48,065 bases of DNA from Burkholderiaceae bacterium. GTDB lineage: Bacteria; Pseudomonadota; Gammaproteobacteria; Burkholderiales; Burkholderiaceae_C. Position 1 is the stretch's first letter. Each line of letters begins with the position of its first letter. The stretch lies in the NCBI GenBank assembly GCA_019746735.1, contig JAIERT010000184.1, forward strand, positions 1 through 48,065, read 5' to 3'. Under the pieces are notes generated by a model. It was not told where the DNA came from, searched no databases, and worked only from the letters and a program-made list of their open reading frames with translations. Positions 45,651 through 48,065 of this stretch are shown here, in pieces. A program made the translations under genes and the position numbers.

Positions 45651-46487
45651 ATGCCTGGCTACCACAGTCTGTCTGGGACAACGCGGACCCCGGTCTCCGC
45701 GGACGCACAGGGCTATGAATGCCGCGAGTCGCTCCTGGAGGTGATCCAGAAACAGATCATCCCGCGCCTGCTGGGCTCGCAACAGTTCCTCTTCAACGCC
45801 AGCAACGCGTCCGGATACCAGGGCCAGCTCGACCTGGGCGCCGAGGTTCTGGCCTTTGCCGACCTCTGCGTGCAGCGCAAGGAGCAGGAGGCCGATGCCC
45901 TGGTGGATCGACTCATGGCCCAGGGCCTGCGGTCCGACCGGATCTTCCTCGAACTCATCACACCGGCCGCCCGGCACCTGGGCGTGCTCTGGGAACAGGA
46001 CCGCTGCGACTTCACGCAGGTCACCTGCGGCCTCGCGCAGATGCACCAGATCGCCTACCGGATCGGTTATGAATTTCAGGACGGCCCCCATGTGGAGGGC
46101 GTGCACGAGCGGGTCATGCTGGCCTGCGCACCCGGCTCGCAGCATTTCCTGGGCCTGACCATCGTCGCCGACTTCTTTCGCAAGACGGGCGCCGACGTGG
46201 TGCTCGAGGTCTCCTCGACCGAAAGTGAGCTGATGCACGTGGTGGCCAACGAGTGGTTTGACGTGATCGGCCTGTCGGTGGCCATCGAGACCCAGCTGCC
46301 GGCCCTGCCCGCGCTGATCCGCAACCTTCGCAGCAGCTCGGGCAACCCCAAGGTCCGGGTGGTGCTGGGCGGCCCCATCTTCCTGATCCAGGACCTACGC
46401 CCCGAGCAGCTGGGGGCCGACGCGATCTCCACGGACGCGCGTGAAGCCGTGGTCGTGGTCAAGAATCTGGTGCGCTCGAAGCCCTGA
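45651..46487 (+). CDS. AerR/PpaA-family cobalamin-binding-domain protein (copy 2)
   Basis: IIPRLL, PAARHLGVLWEQD..DFTQVT.GL, PGSQHFLG, FDVIGLS, VVLGGP, GADA; AGGAGA RBS before ATG 45651. Confidence 0.85.
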   Translation: MPGYHSLSGTTRTPVSADAQGYECRESLLEVIQKQIIPRLLGSQQFLFNASNASGYQGQLDLGAEVLAFADLCVQRKEQEADALVDRLMAQGLRSDRIFLELITPAARHLGVLWEQDRCDFTQVTCGLAQMHQIAYRIGYEFQDGPHVEGVHERVMLACAPGSQHFLGLTIVADFFRKTGADVVLEVSSTESELMHVVANEWFDVIGLSVAIETQLPALPALIRNLRSSSGNPKVRVVLGGPIFLIQDLRPEQLGADAISTDAREAVVVVKNLVRSKP

Positions 46488-46493
46488 ACCCGT

Positions 46494-47378
46494 TCAGGCG
46501 CCACACCACTGCAGGATCTGCTGCACCGTTCCCTCCGGGTCTTCCTCGTGTGCCAGGTGTCCGAGGCCCTCGCGCACCCTTACCACCGCCTGCGGCATGC
46601 GCCGGCGGGCCTCCTCGGCCAGCTGCGGGGGAACGGCCAGGTCGCAGGCACCGATGTCCATGAACACGGGATGGCGCAGCCGGGGCAGCGCCTCCGACAG
46701 CGGCTGCAGGCGCCATTGCGCCATCATGGTCAGCACCCCGTGCAGATGGCCCGCGTCACTCAGCACGCGGACGTACAGGTCCAGGCCTTCTGCATCCAGT
46801 GTCGAGCCGGTGCTGCGGATCAATTGCGCCACGGCGTCGGGACGACTGGCCAGCCTGGCGAAGGCCCAGGCCGACAGGGGATTGAGGGCCACCACCTTGG
46901 CGGCCGGGCCGAACAGCCAGGCGGCGGACCCAGACAGCGGCAGCCAGGCCGGGTTCAGTCCGATCAGGGCCGTCTCGGCCAGGCCGGGCTCGTGCAAGGC
47001 CATGTGCGCCGCGATCGCGGCCCCCGCCGAGTGGCCCACCATGACCTGAGGCTGGAGCTTCATCTCCCGCAACAGGGCCTGCAGGCCTGCGCTCATGTCG
47101 GGCAGGGACAGCCTGGCCCGTGATCCCCGGCTGGTGAAGGCATGCCCGGGCAGGTCGGGCGCGAGCACCGTGTAGTGCCGGGCCAGGGCGGGCAGCATGC
47201 CGCGCCAGCTGAAGTTGCCCGAGCCCGTGCCATGCAGCAGCAGCATGCACGGCCCCGCCCCCAGCACCTGCACATGCCAGTCGTAACCACCCGCCGGCAC
47301 AAAGCGGCTGTGCTGCGCCAGCGGCCACACGGCCTGGTGCCGGGCCCATTGCATGCCGGGATAAAAACGTTCAAACAC
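46494..47378 (-). CDS. bchO: BchO alpha/beta hydrolase-fold Mg-chelatase accessory protein
   Basis: WP..QHSRFV...WHVQ, LLHGTG, PDLPGHAF, GHSAGAAIA, GHLAHEE; downstream of bchD. Start GTG 47378 or ATG 47354. Confidence 0.88.
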   Translation of the reverse strand: MFERFYPGMQWARHQAVWPLAQHSRFVPAGGYDWHVQVLGAGPCMLLLHGTGSGNFSWRGMLPALARHYTVLAPDLPGHAFTSRGSRARLSLPDMSAGLQALLREMKLQPQVMVGHSAGAAIAAHMALHEPGLAETALIGLNPAWLPLSGSAAWLFGPAAKVVALNPLSAWAFARLASRPDAVAQLIRSTGSTLDAEGLDLYVRVLSDAGHLHGVLTMMAQWRLQPLSEALPRLRHPVFMDIGACDLAVPPQLAEEARRRMPQAVVRVREGLGHLAHEEDPEGTVQQILQWCGA

Positions 47379-47386
47379 GGGCAGCC

Positions 47387-48064
47387 TCAGGCCGGCGCGC
47401 CACGCAGGCCCTGCATGGCATGGGCCATGCGCTGGGCCTGCACCTGCGGCATGGGCAGGTAGCTGGCGTCCATGGCGGCGGCGAGCTGCTGTGCCTGCGG
47501 CTCGGGCTGCGGCGAGGTGTCGATCCACAGGGCGCGGTGGCCGCTCTGGCGCCACTGGCGGCCCCAGCGCAGCGCGTCGGCCTGGGCCTGGGCCCGACCG
47601 CCGATGCCCTCGAGCGTGACATTGGCCCGGCCATCGCTGAGCACCACCAGCAAGGGCGTGACGCCCTGGCGCTGCAGCAGCGCGGCCTGCTCATGGGCCA
47701 TCTTGAGTGTTGACGCCAGAGGCGTGCCGCCCCCGCCGGGCAGGCCGTTCATCGCCCGTTTGGCGCGCACAAGCGAACGGGTCATGGGCAGCAACAGCTG
47801 CGCCTGGGTGCCACGAAAGGCCACGATGCACACGCTGTCGCGTCGTGCATAGGACTGCTGCAACAGGAGCTCGACGGCGCCCTTGGCCTCGGCCAGCCGT
47901 TGCAGGGCGGCCGAGCCCGAGGCATCGAGCGCCAGGATCACGCAGCTGGACGCGTGCTGCTGGTAGCGCTGCACATGGAAATCCTCGGCGCGGATGGCCA
48001 GGCGCTGGCTGGGCTCCGAACGCTGGCGCAGGCGTTGTTTCGGCGCCGCCGCGCGCAGCGTGGC
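47387..48064 (-). CDS. bchD: Magnesium chelatase subunit D, C-terminal part (runs off window)
   Basis: ATLRAAAP, VWA MIDAS DASGS, RLAEAKGAVELLL, GGGGTPLA, SDGRAN; frame open to the edge. Confidence 0.93.
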   Translation of the reverse strand, partial: ATLRAAAPKQRLRQRSEPSQRLAIRAEDFHVQRYQQHASSCVILALDASGSAALQRLAEAKGAVELLLQQSYARRDSVCIVAFRGTQAQLLLPMTRSLVRAKRAMNGLPGGGGTPLASTLKMAHEQAALLQRQGVTPLLVVLSDGRANVTLEGIGGRAQAQADALRWGRQWRQSGHRALWIDTSPQPEPQAQQLAAAMDASYLPMPQVQAQRMAHAMQGLRGAPA

Positions 48065-48065
48065 C

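Overview
GC-rich betaproteobacterial (Comamonadaceae-like; inferred from the mrcA-cyaY-lptM-lysA arrangement and protein style) chromosome segment. The first ~6.5 kb is core genome (PBP1A mrcA, cyaY, lptM, lysA, an MsbA-like ABC exporter). From 6.7 kb to the right edge it is an apparently intact anoxygenic photosynthesis gene cluster (PGC): crtE-crtF-bchCXYZ-pufB-orf-pufALMC-crtADC on +, a ~16.6 kb superoperon bchFNBHLM-lhaA-puhABC-acsF-puhE-crtI-crtB on -, then aerR/ppaA-ppsR, bchG-pucC-bchP-tspO-hydrolase-second aerR/ppaA on +, and bchO plus the 3' end of bchD on -. This predicts a bacteriochlorophyll a type-II reaction centre with a tetraheme cytochrome, LH1, spheroidene/spheroidenone-type carotenoids and the O2-dependent AcsF cyclase. 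The PGC itself is a well-known system and I see no mobile element, CRISPR, RNA gene or clearly new multi-gene machine. The best leads are: two divergent AerR/PpaA cobalamin-binding-fold paralogues both lacking the acidic residue of the (D/E)xHxxG motif, an uncharacterised tspO-hydrolase-AerR2 module, a 74-aa membrane protein inside pufB-pufA, an unlisted 54-aa membrane protein at the PGC border, PpsR operator arrays with 26-bp periodicity, and a repeated TTGACA-N16-CA(G/C)AAT-N6-ATG geometry suggesting leaderless mRNAs. All gene calls are from motif recognition by eye; no searches were run.
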